A stretch of DNA of 64,000 bases, from contig JBFMGC010000011.1 of assembly GCA_040752815.1 (NCBI GenBank), positions 6,352 to 70,351 on the forward strand, given 5' to 3'. Below, one piece after another: positions 42,291 through 52,450 of this stretch. The DNA comes from Candidatus Zixiibacteriota bacterium (GTDB lineage Bacteria; Zixibacteria; MSB-5A5; GN15; FEB-12). Position 1 is the stretch's first letter. Each line of letters opens with the position of its first letter. The notes beneath the pieces were generated by a model. It saw nothing but the letters and a program-made list of their open reading frames with translations. It made no database searches and was not told where the DNA came from. The position numbers and the translations under genes are program-made.

Positions 42291-43070
42291 ATGAAACGAT
42301 TTACCAATAGTCTCAGTTTCGCCTTCCTGCTCAATCTCATTCTCCCTGGAGCGGGGCACCTGTATTGGCGTGACTATCTGTTTGGTCTGTTCATCTTCCT
42401 GGTGATGCTCATCGCCTCAGTGTTGTTCCTCTTCAATTTCCTTTTTGATTTGCCGCCTCTCGCGAAAGGCGTGCTCTTCGGCGTGCCGATAGTCTTCTAC
42501 CTGTTCTCATTTGTTGACCTCGCGCGTACCGTTCGCCGCAAACAAAACCCCCCGCCGCGTTCCGAGGTCACCGCACGGGTCTTTGTGGTCGGATCGTTAC
42601 TCATTGCCTTGTTGCTGCCGCTGTCGCCCGCGAATTTCGCGATACGCAATCGCCCTACCGTTCTGAAAGTCAACGATGAATCCCTCGCGCCGGCGGTGAG
42701 ATCCGGCGGCGTCTTTGTTGTCAATCGAGCGGCCTATTCGGTTCGTCTTTTCTTTCTGGAAAAAACGCATCAATACAGGAGTCCCGGCAGGCTGGATCTC
42801 GTATTGTTCGCGGACTCCTCGACGTCAGCCAGGCTGGGGTGGGTGCTTGCCTTGGAAGGCGAGGAAATCGAGGTAGCGGGGGGATCGCTATATGTTGACG
42901 GTTTGCCGGTACCGGGCAATATCTTGGTTCTGAATCAACTCGGGCGCCTTCCGTTGACGAGGGTCAGGCTGGGAACTATCTTGGTCGGCGCCCCGAACGG
43001 GGGTGCGAGTCTCGAAATAGTACAGATTTCGGACCGTGACATTGTTGGGAAAGCGTACCGGTTGTTTTGA
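42291..43070 (+). CDS. Membrane protein with S26 signal-peptidase-I-like C-terminal domain (possibly non-catalytic)
   Basis: Two or three N-terminal TM helices. The C-terminal layout ..VNDESLAPAVRSGGVFVVNRAAY..PGRLDLVLFAD..LGWVLALEGEEIEVAGGSLYVDG parallels the SPase I boxes (SMxPT / RGDIVVF / KRVIGLPGD..L.ING). The box-D Lys position reads G-W. Confidence 0.4.
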   Translation: MKRFTNSLSFAFLLNLILPGAGHLYWRDYLFGLFIFLVMLIASVLFLFNFLFDLPPLAKGVLFGVPIVFYLFSFVDLARTVRRKQNPPPRSEVTARVFVVGSLLIALLLPLSPANFAIRNRPTVLKVNDESLAPAVRSGGVFVVNRAAYSVRLFFLEKTHQYRSPGRLDLVLFADSSTSARLGWVLALEGEEIEVAGGSLYVDGLPVPGNILVLNQLGRLPLTRVRLGTILVGAPNGGASLEIVQISDRDIVGKAYRLF

Positions 43071-43726
43071 GAGCGATTGATTGTCTCATCTTTGACCTTG
43101 ACGGCACTCTGATTGACTCCTCGGTGGGGGTAATCGATGCGGTCAACTATTCGCTGCGGATGATGAATCTGCCCCAGCAGGCCCCGGAGAAGATTGTCAG
43201 GTACATCGGGTTCCCTGTCGAAAAGATGTACGCGGATTTTGGTGCCAAACCGGTGGAAGAACTCCACCATCACTTCCAGTCCCGCGCTGCTCAAAGCATG
43301 GTGGCGTCGACCGTGCCGCTGGACGGTGTCGATCGAACGCTAATGCGCCTTCAGGCCGACGGCTACCGCATGGCCATAGCGACAACCAAGATCCGGCCGC
43401 ACCTTGACGGCGTGATCGCTAAATTCGGCTGGGGTCGTTTGTTCGAGACGTCGGTCGCTGCCGATGAGGTGGCTGCGGTCAAACCGGCCCCGGACGCTTT
43501 CCGGCTCGCGCTGCGTCGCCTCGGCGCCTCCGCGGGGCGCGCCCTCGTGGTCGGCGATACCATAAATGATGTTTACGCTGCGCATCGTGTTCCTGTGCGA
43601 GTGGTTGCGGTCGAATCCCCGTACGGCGGATTGGACGAGTTGCAAGCGTCCCGGCCCGATTACTTCGTTAGGACACTGGCGGATCTTCCCGGACTCCTAA
43701 CCCAAATCAACAACCACACCGGATAA
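43067..43726 (+). CDS. HAD-superfamily hydrolase (phosphoglycolate phosphatase-like)
   Basis: DLDGTLIDS motif I, TTK motif, and VVGDTINDVYAAH motif IV. The TTG start overlaps the upstream stop. Confidence 0.75.
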   Translation: MRAIDCLIFDLDGTLIDSSVGVIDAVNYSLRMMNLPQQAPEKIVRYIGFPVEKMYADFGAKPVEELHHHFQSRAAQSMVASTVPLDGVDRTLMRLQADGYRMAIATTKIRPHLDGVIAKFGWGRLFETSVAADEVAAVKPAPDAFRLALRRLGASAGRALVVGDTINDVYAAHRVPVRVVAVESPYGGLDELQASRPDYFVRTLADLPGLLTQINNHTG

Positions 43727-43729
43727 GTC

Positions 43730-44230
43730 ATGTCGACAGTGTCCGCACATGCTTTCGAAACCAGTCTGGGAGTAATCCGGGTTGCGTCTACCAAGACTGG
43801 CCTCGCCCTGATCTCCCTGCCGGGCGAGTCGGACAGGTCGTTCGATAACCGAGTGAGGCGACTGGCCAAGGGGACGGAAGTCGTGAACGACGGAACTCCG
43901 TTTCGCGAGGTGAATCGTCAGATTGCAGAATACCTGGACGGACAACGTAAAGAGTTCACCGTGCCGCTCGATGTCCGAGGCACGGCATTTCAACTTTCGG
44001 TGCTTAGCCGGGTAAGCGCTATCCCGTACGGCAGGACACGCACGTACGGAGAAATCGCCAATGAAATCGGCCGGCCGGGGGCGTCCCGGGCGGTGGGAAT
44101 GGCAAACGCGAAAAACTGCCTGCCGCTGATAATACCCTGTCATCGTGTGGTCGCCGCCGATGGCCTCGGCGGATATGGGGGTGGAATCGAATTGAAGAGA
44201 AAACTGCTTGAATTGGAAGGAGCACTTTGA
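43730..44230 (+). CDS. ogt: Methylated-DNA--protein-cysteine methyltransferase
   Basis: YGEIANEIGRPGASRAVGMANAKNCLPLIIPCHRVV carries the active-site PCHRV. 166 aa. Confidence 0.88.
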   Translation: MSTVSAHAFETSLGVIRVASTKTGLALISLPGESDRSFDNRVRRLAKGTEVVNDGTPFREVNRQIAEYLDGQRKEFTVPLDVRGTAFQLSVLSRVSAIPYGRTRTYGEIANEIGRPGASRAVGMANAKNCLPLIIPCHRVVAADGLGGYGGGIELKRKLLELEGAL

Positions 44231-44283
44231 GCGCCGGGAATGTTTTGACCGGAAGCTCAGAGGCCGTCTACAGGAGAAGTAAC

Positions 44284-45384
44284 ATGGATCCACGCGTTCG
44301 TAAGTTAGCCGATGTTCTTATCAACTATTCGCTCAAGCTCAAGAAGGGACAACTGCTTAAGATTCAGGGTGAGGCGGTCGCCATGCCGCTGCTTCAGGCC
44401 TGTTTTGAAGAGGCGGTGCGGGTGGGAGGCAACCCGTATATCGAGGTCATTTGTCCCGACGCCAACGAGGCGCTGCTCAAGAGCGGCTCGAAAGAACAGA
44501 TAACGTATCTGGCTCCGTGGAAGATGCTCGAGGTACGGAAGATCGATGCCGCGCTTTCGGTTTGGGGCAGCCAGAACACGAATTATCTCAGTGGGGTCGA
44601 TCCGAAGCACCAGGCGCTGCAGCGAAAAGCCCGAGGAAAGATACTCAAGACTCTCTTCAAACGGATCGCCGACGGGACCATGCACTGGGTAGGGACGCAA
44701 TATCCTACACAGGCCGACGCTCAAAAAGCGGAAATGTCCTTGCGTGACTATGAGGACTTCGTCTACCGCGCCGGGAACCTGCATCTGGCCGATCCGGTCA
44801 AGCACTGGCAAAAAGTGGCCAGAGAGCAGGGACGTCTGGTGAAGATACTGAATCGCGCAGATCGTCTGCACATACGTGGCTCCGAAGTCGATTTGAAGTT
44901 GAGAGTCAAGGGACGCAAGTGGATCAGTTGCCACGGTACCGAGAACCTCCCTGACGGTGAAATCTTCACCAGCCCGATTGAAAACTCAGTAGACGGCTTC
45001 ATCAAATTTACCTATCCGGCTGAATATGACGGCCGATACGCCGAGAACGTCTGTCTCGAATTGAAAGCCGGGCGAGTGGTGGCGGAGAGTGCCTCGCGCA
45101 ATCTCGACTTCGTGCGCGCCATGCTTAATACCGACAAAGGTGCGCGCCGCGTGGGCGAGATCGCGATCGGCACTAACTACCAGATCAAACGGGCGACAGG
45201 CAACACGCTCTTTGACGAGAAGATCGGCGGCACCTGTCACATGGCGGTGGGAGCGTCGATCCTCGAATCCGGCGGCAAAAACCACAGCGCCATCCACTGG
45301 GACATGGTCTGCGACCTCAAGAAAGACGGCGAAATCATTGCTGACGGCAAGGTAATTTACCGCCAGGGCCGTTTTGTAATCTGA
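44284..45384 (+). CDS. M29 family aminopeptidase (AmpS/PepS-like)
   Basis: MDPRVRKLADVLINYSLKLKKGQ, DGEIFTSP, GEIAIGTN and FDEKIGGTCHMAVG are typical M29 blocks. Start is set at ATG 44284. Confidence 0.8.
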   Translation: MDPRVRKLADVLINYSLKLKKGQLLKIQGEAVAMPLLQACFEEAVRVGGNPYIEVICPDANEALLKSGSKEQITYLAPWKMLEVRKIDAALSVWGSQNTNYLSGVDPKHQALQRKARGKILKTLFKRIADGTMHWVGTQYPTQADAQKAEMSLRDYEDFVYRAGNLHLADPVKHWQKVAREQGRLVKILNRADRLHIRGSEVDLKLRVKGRKWISCHGTENLPDGEIFTSPIENSVDGFIKFTYPAEYDGRYAENVCLELKAGRVVAESASRNLDFVRAMLNTDKGARRVGEIAIGTNYQIKRATGNTLFDEKIGGTCHMAVGASILESGGKNHSAIHWDMVCDLKKDGEIIADGKVIYRQGRFVI

Positions 45385-45461
45385 GCGCTGATGCTCGTGT
45401 AAACAAATGCCGGCATGAGTGTGAATCATGCCGGCGTTGTTGTTCTTGCGCGGTGGGCGCC

Positions 45462-47237
45462 TTATATGCAGAAGGGCAATGGTAACTGGGCGATGAACAG
45501 GTGATCGATCAGTTGGGTGACATCGCCGATGCTGATATCGCCCTCCTGAGGATTCGCACCCCCGGATTGGTTTATATCGGCCTCGGCCAGACACGCTGGC
45601 GGGATAAGCGATATGAACAGGAAGTCGATGAGCATGGTCACGTCACCAATGGTCGGCACGTCACCCCCAAGGCCGTTGACATCGCCAACCCTCCCCGAGC
45701 AACAGCCGAAGTCCACCCGAATGGCGGAATCGACCTTGATGATGCCCCAGCCGTACGTGTTGTCCGGTGCTCCGGCCATCGTTCCGGACATCTTCAGCGC
45801 CTCGCGTACACGCCTCGGCGACCAGTCGGGGTGGGCCTCGATAACAAGACAGGCGGCGCCGCCCACCAGCGGTGCGGCAAAGGATGTGCCACTCCCGGCG
45901 GCGTAGGTATTCAGGCTTGTCGGGTGAGCGGTAATGGTCGAGACACCCCGGGCACAAACCTCGGGTTTGATGCGGTTATCCGACGTGGGCCCGCGACTGG
46001 AGAATCCGGCGATCAGCCCGTTGCTATCGACCGCGCCGACTGCCAGAATGTCGAAGGCATCCGCCGGAGCGGTGATGGTCCCCGCGCCGGGGCCTTCATT
46101 TCCGGCTGACTTGGTGACTACGATACCGAGACTATCGGCCATGCTCGCTGCGACTGACGAAATCGCAGTCAAACCATTCATGTCCGCGTAGGTGTAATTG
46201 CACCCGCAGGAATCGTCGAAATCAAGATAGCCCAGCGATGAGGTCAGTACGTCCGCGCCGATCGAATCGGAAAATTCCATTGCTGCCACCCAGTTGTCCT
46301 CCTCGACCGGCATTTCCGACCTGATGTCTTCAGTCTTACAGATTATGAAATTCGCGCCGTAGGCCGGGCCATAGAGGAAACCATCGGCAATCCCGCCCGC
46401 CACTCCCCACACCTGCGTGCCGTGATTGGGCTGGCTGGAAAAGTCTCCGTTGGCAGCCTCATAATCAACATTGGTATCGTCGTTGATGAAATCATACTCG
46501 GCCAGGACTCGCCCCTCGGCGTAAGCCGCTGCAAAATACTGATGAGCTCGCCGGGCGCCGGTATCGAGAATAGCCAGAGTCACACCCTGTCCTGAGTATC
46601 CCAGGTCGTGCACCGCCGGGACGCCGATCTGATTGAGCTGATTGAAGGAAACGCCATAGTTGAGGGCGTGAACGGACTCGCCTCCTTCCTGCGGAACGGG
46701 ACGGGTTTCGTCGATCGGCTCCGGCGCCCGCCGGTATCGCGAAACGGGCCGGACCTCCGACACATACGGCAGCCGCGATATGTTTTCAACTACGTCTGGT
46801 CTCGCTATAAACGTGGCTGCATTCAGCCAGCGTGAGGATCTCCGATGCCGCGCGCCGAGGGCTTCTATCTCGCTGATATACGAGGTAGAGACGGGCAAAT
46901 CCGCGAACACCACCCGATTCAGGCCGACTTTCGCCCGGCGGTTGGTTGCCCGTTCGGTTAACCTGATCGAGGTCGCCGCTCGTTGAAAATCGGCCTTGTT
47001 TCTCACCTCTTTGTCCGTGAAAAACACCCAGAACTTGACCGAGTCGTCCGGTCGTTGGGCCAGGCAGTCGCGGAAAGACGGAACCAGAGGATCGGTGAGG
47101 CGTTCGCGAACGGCGGCGTCAGGGTCAAGAAAGCCGGGTCGACCGGCAGAATCGGCCGTCTTTGCAGATGGGGCTGCCAGCGAACTGACAAGCACAAGCG
47201 CGACTGGGATGAGCTGTCGGAGCGGGTGGAAGATCAT
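45462..47237 (-). CDS. Secreted S8 (subtilisin-like) serine peptidase with C-terminal dockerin-like double repeat
   Basis: Signal peptide. Catalytic triad contexts AILDTG (Asp), HGTQVWGVAGG (His) and SGTSFAAPLVGG (Ser). The C-terminus reads GDVNGLGGDVPTIGDVTMLIDFLFIS...GDISIGDVTQLIDHLFIAQLPLPFCI. Confidence 0.88.
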   Translation of the reverse strand: MIFHPLRQLIPVALVLVSSLAAPSAKTADSAGRPGFLDPDAAVRERLTDPLVPSFRDCLAQRPDDSVKFWVFFTDKEVRNKADFQRAATSIRLTERATNRRAKVGLNRVVFADLPVSTSYISEIEALGARHRRSSRWLNAATFIARPDVVENISRLPYVSEVRPVSRYRRAPEPIDETRPVPQEGGESVHALNYGVSFNQLNQIGVPAVHDLGYSGQGVTLAILDTGARRAHQYFAAAYAEGRVLAEYDFINDDTNVDYEAANGDFSSQPNHGTQVWGVAGGIADGFLYGPAYGANFIICKTEDIRSEMPVEEDNWVAAMEFSDSIGADVLTSSLGYLDFDDSCGCNYTYADMNGLTAISSVAASMADSLGIVVTKSAGNEGPGAGTITAPADAFDILAVGAVDSNGLIAGFSSRGPTSDNRIKPEVCARGVSTITAHPTSLNTYAAGSGTSFAAPLVGGAACLVIEAHPDWSPRRVREALKMSGTMAGAPDNTYGWGIIKVDSAIRVDFGCCSGRVGDVNGLGGDVPTIGDVTMLIDFLFISLIPPACLAEADINQSGGANPQEGDISIGDVTQLIDHLFIAQLPLPFCI

Positions 47238-47596
47238 GCTTACCTCTTAATCAAGTCCTTTCAGTTTGGTCAGCCAAGTCGATTATCCATCTTACAATCT
47301 AAGCCGTCGTCGGCTCAGGTCAACGCGAATCTGCTGACTGCCGATACCTGTGGGGCCTCGCCCATAGTTTTGAAACGACGTCGGGGAACCAATCGCTCAA
47401 AAGCACGGGAGTCGACGACAGCTCATTCTGTAACATGTTATCGGGCAACGGAACCGGAAGTTCACTGGCTGTCGGGGTGTTCGTTCTCAGACGGCATCCC
47501 GTATGCTGACATAGGCTGACGGGCCGACGGCTGAAGGAGCCGCAAAGGCGGGTCGGGCCCGAAAAGTAAGTTCACCCATGACAAAGGGATAGACTT

Positions 47597-48124
47597 ATGA
47601 AATGGCGAAAGATCACGAGACCGGGATGCAAAGGTTTCACGCTCGTTGAAATGATGGTGACCGGTGTCATCGTCGGTGTTCTGGCGGCCCTATCCGTGCC
47701 TGGCCTGCAGCGAGCGTATGACAAATCGGAACTTCGCTCCGGCGAACGGTTGGTCTCATCGGCTCTAAAGAAGGCCCGCGGGTATGCCATAAGTCAGAAA
47801 GACGGCTTTGGTGTGCATATTGACGGCCAAAGCAGGGCGGTGACTGTCTTTGAGAACAGTTCCAACCCCGGGACCCCAAGTCTTGACCATGGTGACTCAG
47901 TCTACTCGGTTGATACTCTGCCGCACCAGTTCCGGTACGTCTTCATGGTGTCGGAAAACAACTGTATCGTGTTCCGACCCAACGGCTCGGCGCAAGTTGA
48001 CACGTACGGATATGGAAGCATTTACCTGATTGGCGAATCCGACAACATGATGGGATACTTCGCCGTAAACGTGCTGGCCTCGACCGGCCGAGTCACCACC
48101 TACTCCCACTTCTACAACTGGTAA
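47597..48124 (+). CDS. Type IV minor pilin / pseudopilin, FimT-GspH-like
   Basis: Class III signal MKWRKITRPGCKG|FTLVEMMVTGVIVGVLAAL, with Gly at -1, Phe at +1 and Glu at +5. GspH/FimT-like body (SELRSGERLVSSALKKAR). Confidence 0.8.
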   Translation: MKWRKITRPGCKGFTLVEMMVTGVIVGVLAALSVPGLQRAYDKSELRSGERLVSSALKKARGYAISQKDGFGVHIDGQSRAVTVFENSSNPGTPSLDHGDSVYSVDTLPHQFRYVFMVSENNCIVFRPNGSAQVDTYGYGSIYLIGESDNMMGYFAVNVLASTGRVTTYSHFYNW

Positions 48125-48156
48125 GCGCCGCAACACCGGTACTAGCGCCCAGATTT

Positions 48157-48212
48157 AGCCGGCCGGCCTGAAGTTTCGGGACCTCGCGAGACAGGCCGGC
48201 CGGCTTTTTTTT
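48157..48212 (+). terminator. Rho-independent terminator after the minor pilin gene
   Basis: agccggccggcctg ... caggccggccggct forms a 14-bp perfect stem with a 21-nt loop, followed by a run of 8 T. Confidence 0.8.
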
Positions 48213-48424
48213 GCTCCGGAATTACTGCTCAAGGTACTGGCCGGGCGGACCGATATCAAAACTATCGGCCCTCCGGCTAGTGGTTGTCTAATCAAGACCA
48301 AGCCGGGAACTTGCCGTCATTTGGGCCAACGGGGCGGACCTGCCGGGCAGGGCCGCCGATGATTCAGGCGACGATGACAAGAGACGTCGGAAAAGCGAAG
48401 AAACAGGTACCTTCAAATTAAGAG

Positions 48425-49483
48425 ATGCCCATGTTGTTCTCAGGCAGACGAAAAAGCACAATTGGATTGGATGTAGGCTCCAATTCCATCAAACTGGTCA
48501 AGCTCGATCATGGCAAGGACGGCTATACGGTCTCGGCAATCGGCATACGCGAACTGCCGCCGGAGGCAATAGTCGGCGACGAGATCCGAGACCGCGAGGC
48601 GGTCATCTACAATATCCAGTCGCTGATCGACCAGACCGACCCTCGGATCAAAGAAGTGGTAGTTTCGGTATCCGGCCATAGTGTTATCACCGACCGCTTC
48701 ACTATCGACAAGAAGACCGGCCCGGAAGCGGAACAGGCGATTCTATTCGAGACCGAGCAACGCGCCCCGTTCGACGTGGACGACGTGAGCCTGGATTACC
48801 ACGTCATCAAGACCGACGACGATATCAACAAGATGGACGTGCTGCTAGTGGCAGCCCGCAAGGAGTACCTGCGCACCTACCTCGATCTTATTGAAGACGC
48901 CGGCCTTCAGCCGTGCGTGGTTGACGACGACTCTTTTGCCATTCTCAACTCCTACGAGGCCAATTACGATATCGATCCGACCCGCGTTACCGCCCTGGTC
49001 AACATCGGGTACGATGTTACAAACATCACGTACATGTCTGAGGGGTTGTTCGCCGCCACGCGCGACGTCTCCGCCGGTACCCGCGAGATTTTCGAGGCGG
49101 TCAAGAAGGAGTTCCGCCTTAATCCGGAGCTGACAGCCAAGGCGCTCAAAGGCGAGATGAGCGACTCGATTGATCAGGATATGTTCAAGGCGACTGTTAT
49201 GTCGGCGGCGGACGAGCTGATATCGGGGATTGAGCTCGCGTTCTCGTACTTCCGTTCCCAGACCAAAATTGAGAATATCGACTGGATAGTTCTGTCGGGC
49301 GGCGGGGCGTTAATCCCGTACCTGCCGGAATTCCTGCAGTCCAAGATTAATATCCCGCTGGAGTTGGCCAACCCGCTTCGCAACCTCGATTACGATCCCG
49401 AGCTGTTCCAGTTCGTGCAGCCGGAGAAGATCGCCCCGTTGCTTGCGGTTTCGGTCGGTCTGGCCATGCGCAAAGCTAAGTGA
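48425..49483 (+). CDS. pilM: Type IV pilus assembly protein PilM (actin-like ATPase fold)
   Basis: IGLDVGSNSIKLVKL at the N-terminus, 352 aa, and position directly upstream of pilN/O. Confidence 0.88.
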   Translation: MPMLFSGRRKSTIGLDVGSNSIKLVKLDHGKDGYTVSAIGIRELPPEAIVGDEIRDREAVIYNIQSLIDQTDPRIKEVVVSVSGHSVITDRFTIDKKTGPEAEQAILFETEQRAPFDVDDVSLDYHVIKTDDDINKMDVLLVAARKEYLRTYLDLIEDAGLQPCVVDDDSFAILNSYEANYDIDPTRVTALVNIGYDVTNITYMSEGLFAATRDVSAGTREIFEAVKKEFRLNPELTAKALKGEMSDSIDQDMFKATVMSAADELISGIELAFSYFRSQTKIENIDWIVLSGGGALIPYLPEFLQSKINIPLELANPLRNLDYDPELFQFVQPEKIAPLLAVSVGLAMRKAK

Positions 49484-49494
49484 GGCACGGCACC

Positions 49495-50229
49495 ATGATA
49501 GAGATAAATCTACTGCCTAAGGACCATCGGAAGGGCACCGGAGCCTTCCAGTTCGGCAAGACCGGCATTTACATCGCCTCCGCTGCAATCGGGGTCGTGG
49601 CGATGCTGGTGGCGATCACCTTCTATCAGATGAGCCAGCTTAGCAGCCTCAAGTCTGATATCGAGCGCGCCAACCAGCGGGCGGCCATGCTGCGCGAGGA
49701 TATCCGGATCGTTGATGCCCTGACCGACGTCAAGGACAAGATACACCGTCGCATAAGCGCGGTCGAAAGACTGGACCGCCACCGCTCCGCCTGGGTGAGG
49801 ATTCTCGAAGAGGTTTCCCGCAATATGCCGGAGTTTGTCTGGCTGGACGAGTTTAAGGAGAAGCCACTGGATGTTCCCAAGGCCGGCAAGAGAGACGTCG
49901 AAAAACCCAACGAAAAAGTCACCGAAAAAACTGAAGTAGCTACGACCGCGCCGGCGGCGGAGTTGCCCTCGCAGCGGGTGGTGGAAATCAAGGGGTACGC
50001 TTTCACTCTGAACGCCCTGGCCGCTACCATGATCAAGATGATGCGGTCGGACTTCTTCGATAAGGTGGAGTTGGTAGACTCCAAGGATACCACCTACGCC
50101 GATGAAAAAGCGTACCTATTCCAATTGGCCGCCAACGTGCACTACCTCTCGGATGATGAGCTGCGCGCCAGGGTGGCTCAATCCCAGGGTGAAGCCGATT
50201 CGACGACGAGTCACACGACTCTGAACTAA
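49495..50229 (+). CDS. pilN: Type IV pilus assembly protein PilN
   Basis: MIEINLLPKDHRK N-terminus (PilM-binding INLLP motif), a single TM helix, then coiled coil. An alternative GTG start at 49480 overlaps pilM. Confidence 0.85.
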   Translation: MIEINLLPKDHRKGTGAFQFGKTGIYIASAAIGVVAMLVAITFYQMSQLSSLKSDIERANQRAAMLREDIRIVDALTDVKDKIHRRISAVERLDRHRSAWVRILEEVSRNMPEFVWLDEFKEKPLDVPKAGKRDVEKPNEKVTEKTEVATTAPAAELPSQRVVEIKGYAFTLNALAATMIKMMRSDFFDKVELVDSKDTTYADEKAYLFQLAANVHYLSDDELRARVAQSQGEADSTTSHTTLN

Positions 50230-50242
50230 GGAAGGACGTCGT

Positions 50243-50869
50243 ATGGACCTCAAAGATTCGAAAACTCAGAAAATCATAATCGGCGCCCTGGCCTTTTTCA
50301 TCGTAGTCTATTTCTGGTACAGCCGGCTGTATTCGAGTTACAACAACCAAATCAGCGGGCAGCGCCAGGAATTCGAGACTATCACGACCAACCTGCGCAA
50401 CGTCGAGATGAAAGCCAAATCGCTCGATGCGCTGAAGCTGGAGTACGCCGAACTAATCGACCGTTATCACGAAATCGAGGCGCTATTGCCGGAAGTGAAG
50501 CAGGTGCCGTCGATCCTCGTCCAGTTGCATACGGCGTCGTCGATCACCGGCACGCGCATCACCAAGGTGCACCCGCTGCCGGTCGAGGCGCAGGAGTTTT
50601 ACGAGATCGCGGCCTTTGACGTGGAAATCACCGGCACGTACCACGACTTCGGGAAGTTCGTCAGCTACGTCGCCAACTTCCCGTTCATAGCCAATGTCTC
50701 GGACGTACAGATAGCGGCCACCAATAAGCCCAAGGCCAAGTCGAGAAACACTACCGAGGAAGAGGACGTGATCGAGGTGGGTCGGAAGAAAGCCACCATG
50801 ACCGCCAAGTTCCGTTTGTCGACCTACTACGTGAAAGAGAATGAGCGGCTCGCAGAGCTGACGATGTAA
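50243..50869 (+). CDS. pilO: Type IV pilus assembly protein PilO
   Basis: N-terminal TM helix, coiled coil (QRQEFETITTNLRNVEMKAKSLDALKLEYAELIDRY), then a ferredoxin-like C-terminal domain (FDVEITGTYHDFGKFVSYVANFP). Confidence 0.8.
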   Translation: MDLKDSKTQKIIIGALAFFIVVYFWYSRLYSSYNNQISGQRQEFETITTNLRNVEMKAKSLDALKLEYAELIDRYHEIEALLPEVKQVPSILVQLHTASSITGTRITKVHPLPVEAQEFYEIAAFDVEITGTYHDFGKFVSYVANFPFIANVSDVQIAATNKPKAKSRNTTEEEDVIEVGRKKATMTAKFRLSTYYVKENERLAELTM

Positions 50870-50884
50870 AGGAAGTGAGATGCC

Positions 50885-52432
50885 ATGAAGAAGTTCGCTG
50901 TCATAGCTTTTGTCGGATCGCTCCTGGTCGTTGGCTCGGTCTGGGCGTCCCAGGTTACCAATGTCGAGATCAGCTATCAGGCGGGCAGTACCGTCGCTCG
51001 CATTGATATCCAGGGACCTGTACGCTTCACCCACCAGACTGAGGTGCCCAAAGACGGCCGCCCGGACAGGGTGATCGTTGATGTGCTTTCGGCCACGCAC
51101 GAGCTGGGTGCCAAAGAGTTTTCGAATCTGCCGCCCTGTATCATCAAAGGCGTGCGCAGCAGCCAGTATGCTGTCAACCCGGAGAGAATAGTTCGCATTG
51201 TGTTCGATCTGAAAACGACCCCGGTGTACAGCGTCACTTCCGACGACAAGTCGATTGTCGTGACGTTCAGTAGTAAGGAAGAAAAGCCGTTCCCGACCTG
51301 GTCGTCGCTGGATGCGCTGCCGAAGCCTGAGCCGGCCAGGCCGGTAACACTTGCTACTGTACCGATCACACCGCCCCCGGCAAGTAAGCCTCCTGTTACG
51401 ACAACGGAACGCAACCAGAATATCGAAAAGGACCGGCTCGCCAGTTTGACTCCGAAGAGCGAAGCGCCGAAAGTCGGTGCAGCAGACACAAAGAAGTCTG
51501 CGACTCAGCCGTTCGTGCCGGCTCCATCGGAGAGAGAAGTCGATGATAAACCGACTTCTCCGGGTGCTCCTGTAGTCAAAGATGCCGCGAAGGCGTCTCC
51601 TGAGCCAACCGCTACCGAAGTTCAGGCTACCGGGGAACAGAAACCTGCCGACAAACCGGCCGAAAAACCGGCACCTGCGTCAGTGCAACCGGCTCAGAAG
51701 CCGAACCCCGAGCCGCCATTCGTGCAGCCGCCGTTCCTGCCGCTACAGGCCGATCCCAAAGATGTAGCCGTGCAGCCGGCCCTACCGGAAGCGGCCAAGC
51801 CGACAGTACCGGCTACGACAACAGGAACGGAGAACAAACCAGTACCGGCAGTCAAAACCCCAAAGCCGCTGGATAACCCCGACGAAGAAAGTACGGATAA
51901 GGCGGACCAGAGCCAGCCGTCGCCGCCCGACGCGTCTGATTTTGCGCCTGCGGTCGAACTTCCCGCGTCGGTCAAGCCCGAGGACCTGACCAAGGTCAAA
52001 GTTGTCGAAGCCGACTCCAAGGCATCTGACACAACCAAGCAGCGCGCCACGGCGAGATTCCGACGCGAGGCCCAATCCGATAAGATTCGCGGCACCATGG
52101 TTGCGGAATTCCCGCAGCGGCTTGTGATCAAGTACCAGACCGACCGCGAACGCGACCCATTCACGCCGCTGGTCGATAAGAACCAGACGTTTAACGATCC
52201 AGTCGAAAACCGCATTCCCAATGTCGAGGGCCTCAAGCTCGTCGGCGTGCTGGAATCGGACGGCGGCACCAACCGCGCTTTGTTCGAGGACAAGAGCGGC
52301 TTCAGCTATATCCTGCAGACCGGCGACAAGGTGCGCAACGGATACGTGCTGCGCGTCGAAGAAGACCAGGTTTACTTCCAGATATTCGAGTACGGTTGGT
52401 CACGAACCGTCGCTCTCACGATGGAATACTAA
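50885..52432 (+). CDS. AMIN domain - long Pro/Ala/Lys-rich linker - PilP-like domain fusion protein
   Basis: Signal peptide. AMIN-like region (VARIDIQGPVRFTHQ..PDRVIVDVLSA..RIVFDLKTTPVYSVTSDDKSIVVTF). A ~270-aa PAKE-rich low-complexity linker. C-terminal PilP-like beta-sandwich (LKLVGVLESDGGTNRALFEDKSGFSYILQTGDKVRNGYVLRVEEDQVYF). Confidence 0.7.
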   Translation: MKKFAVIAFVGSLLVVGSVWASQVTNVEISYQAGSTVARIDIQGPVRFTHQTEVPKDGRPDRVIVDVLSATHELGAKEFSNLPPCIIKGVRSSQYAVNPERIVRIVFDLKTTPVYSVTSDDKSIVVTFSSKEEKPFPTWSSLDALPKPEPARPVTLATVPITPPPASKPPVTTTERNQNIEKDRLASLTPKSEAPKVGAADTKKSATQPFVPAPSEREVDDKPTSPGAPVVKDAAKASPEPTATEVQATGEQKPADKPAEKPAPASVQPAQKPNPEPPFVQPPFLPLQADPKDVAVQPALPEAAKPTVPATTTGTENKPVPAVKTPKPLDNPDEESTDKADQSQPSPPDASDFAPAVELPASVKPEDLTKVKVVEADSKASDTTKQRATARFRREAQSDKIRGTMVAEFPQRLVIKYQTDRERDPFTPLVDKNQTFNDPVENRIPNVEGLKLVGVLESDGGTNRALFEDKSGFSYILQTGDKVRNGYVLRVEEDQVYFQIFEYGWSRTVALTMEY

Positions 52433-52450
52433 TGAAAGGCTGGTAGAGAT

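Noticed and set aside
47238-47596. Possible c-di-GMP (GEMM) or other riboswitch in the 359-nt region upstream of the pilin gene
   Set aside because: A small nested hairpin exists at 47520-47561 (cgggcc..cggct-gaagg-agccg..ggcccg). However, I cannot match it to the GEMM-I/II conserved cores as I remember them. The region also has to hold the divergent peptidase promoter. A covariance-model (Rfam) scan would be needed, so no claim is made.
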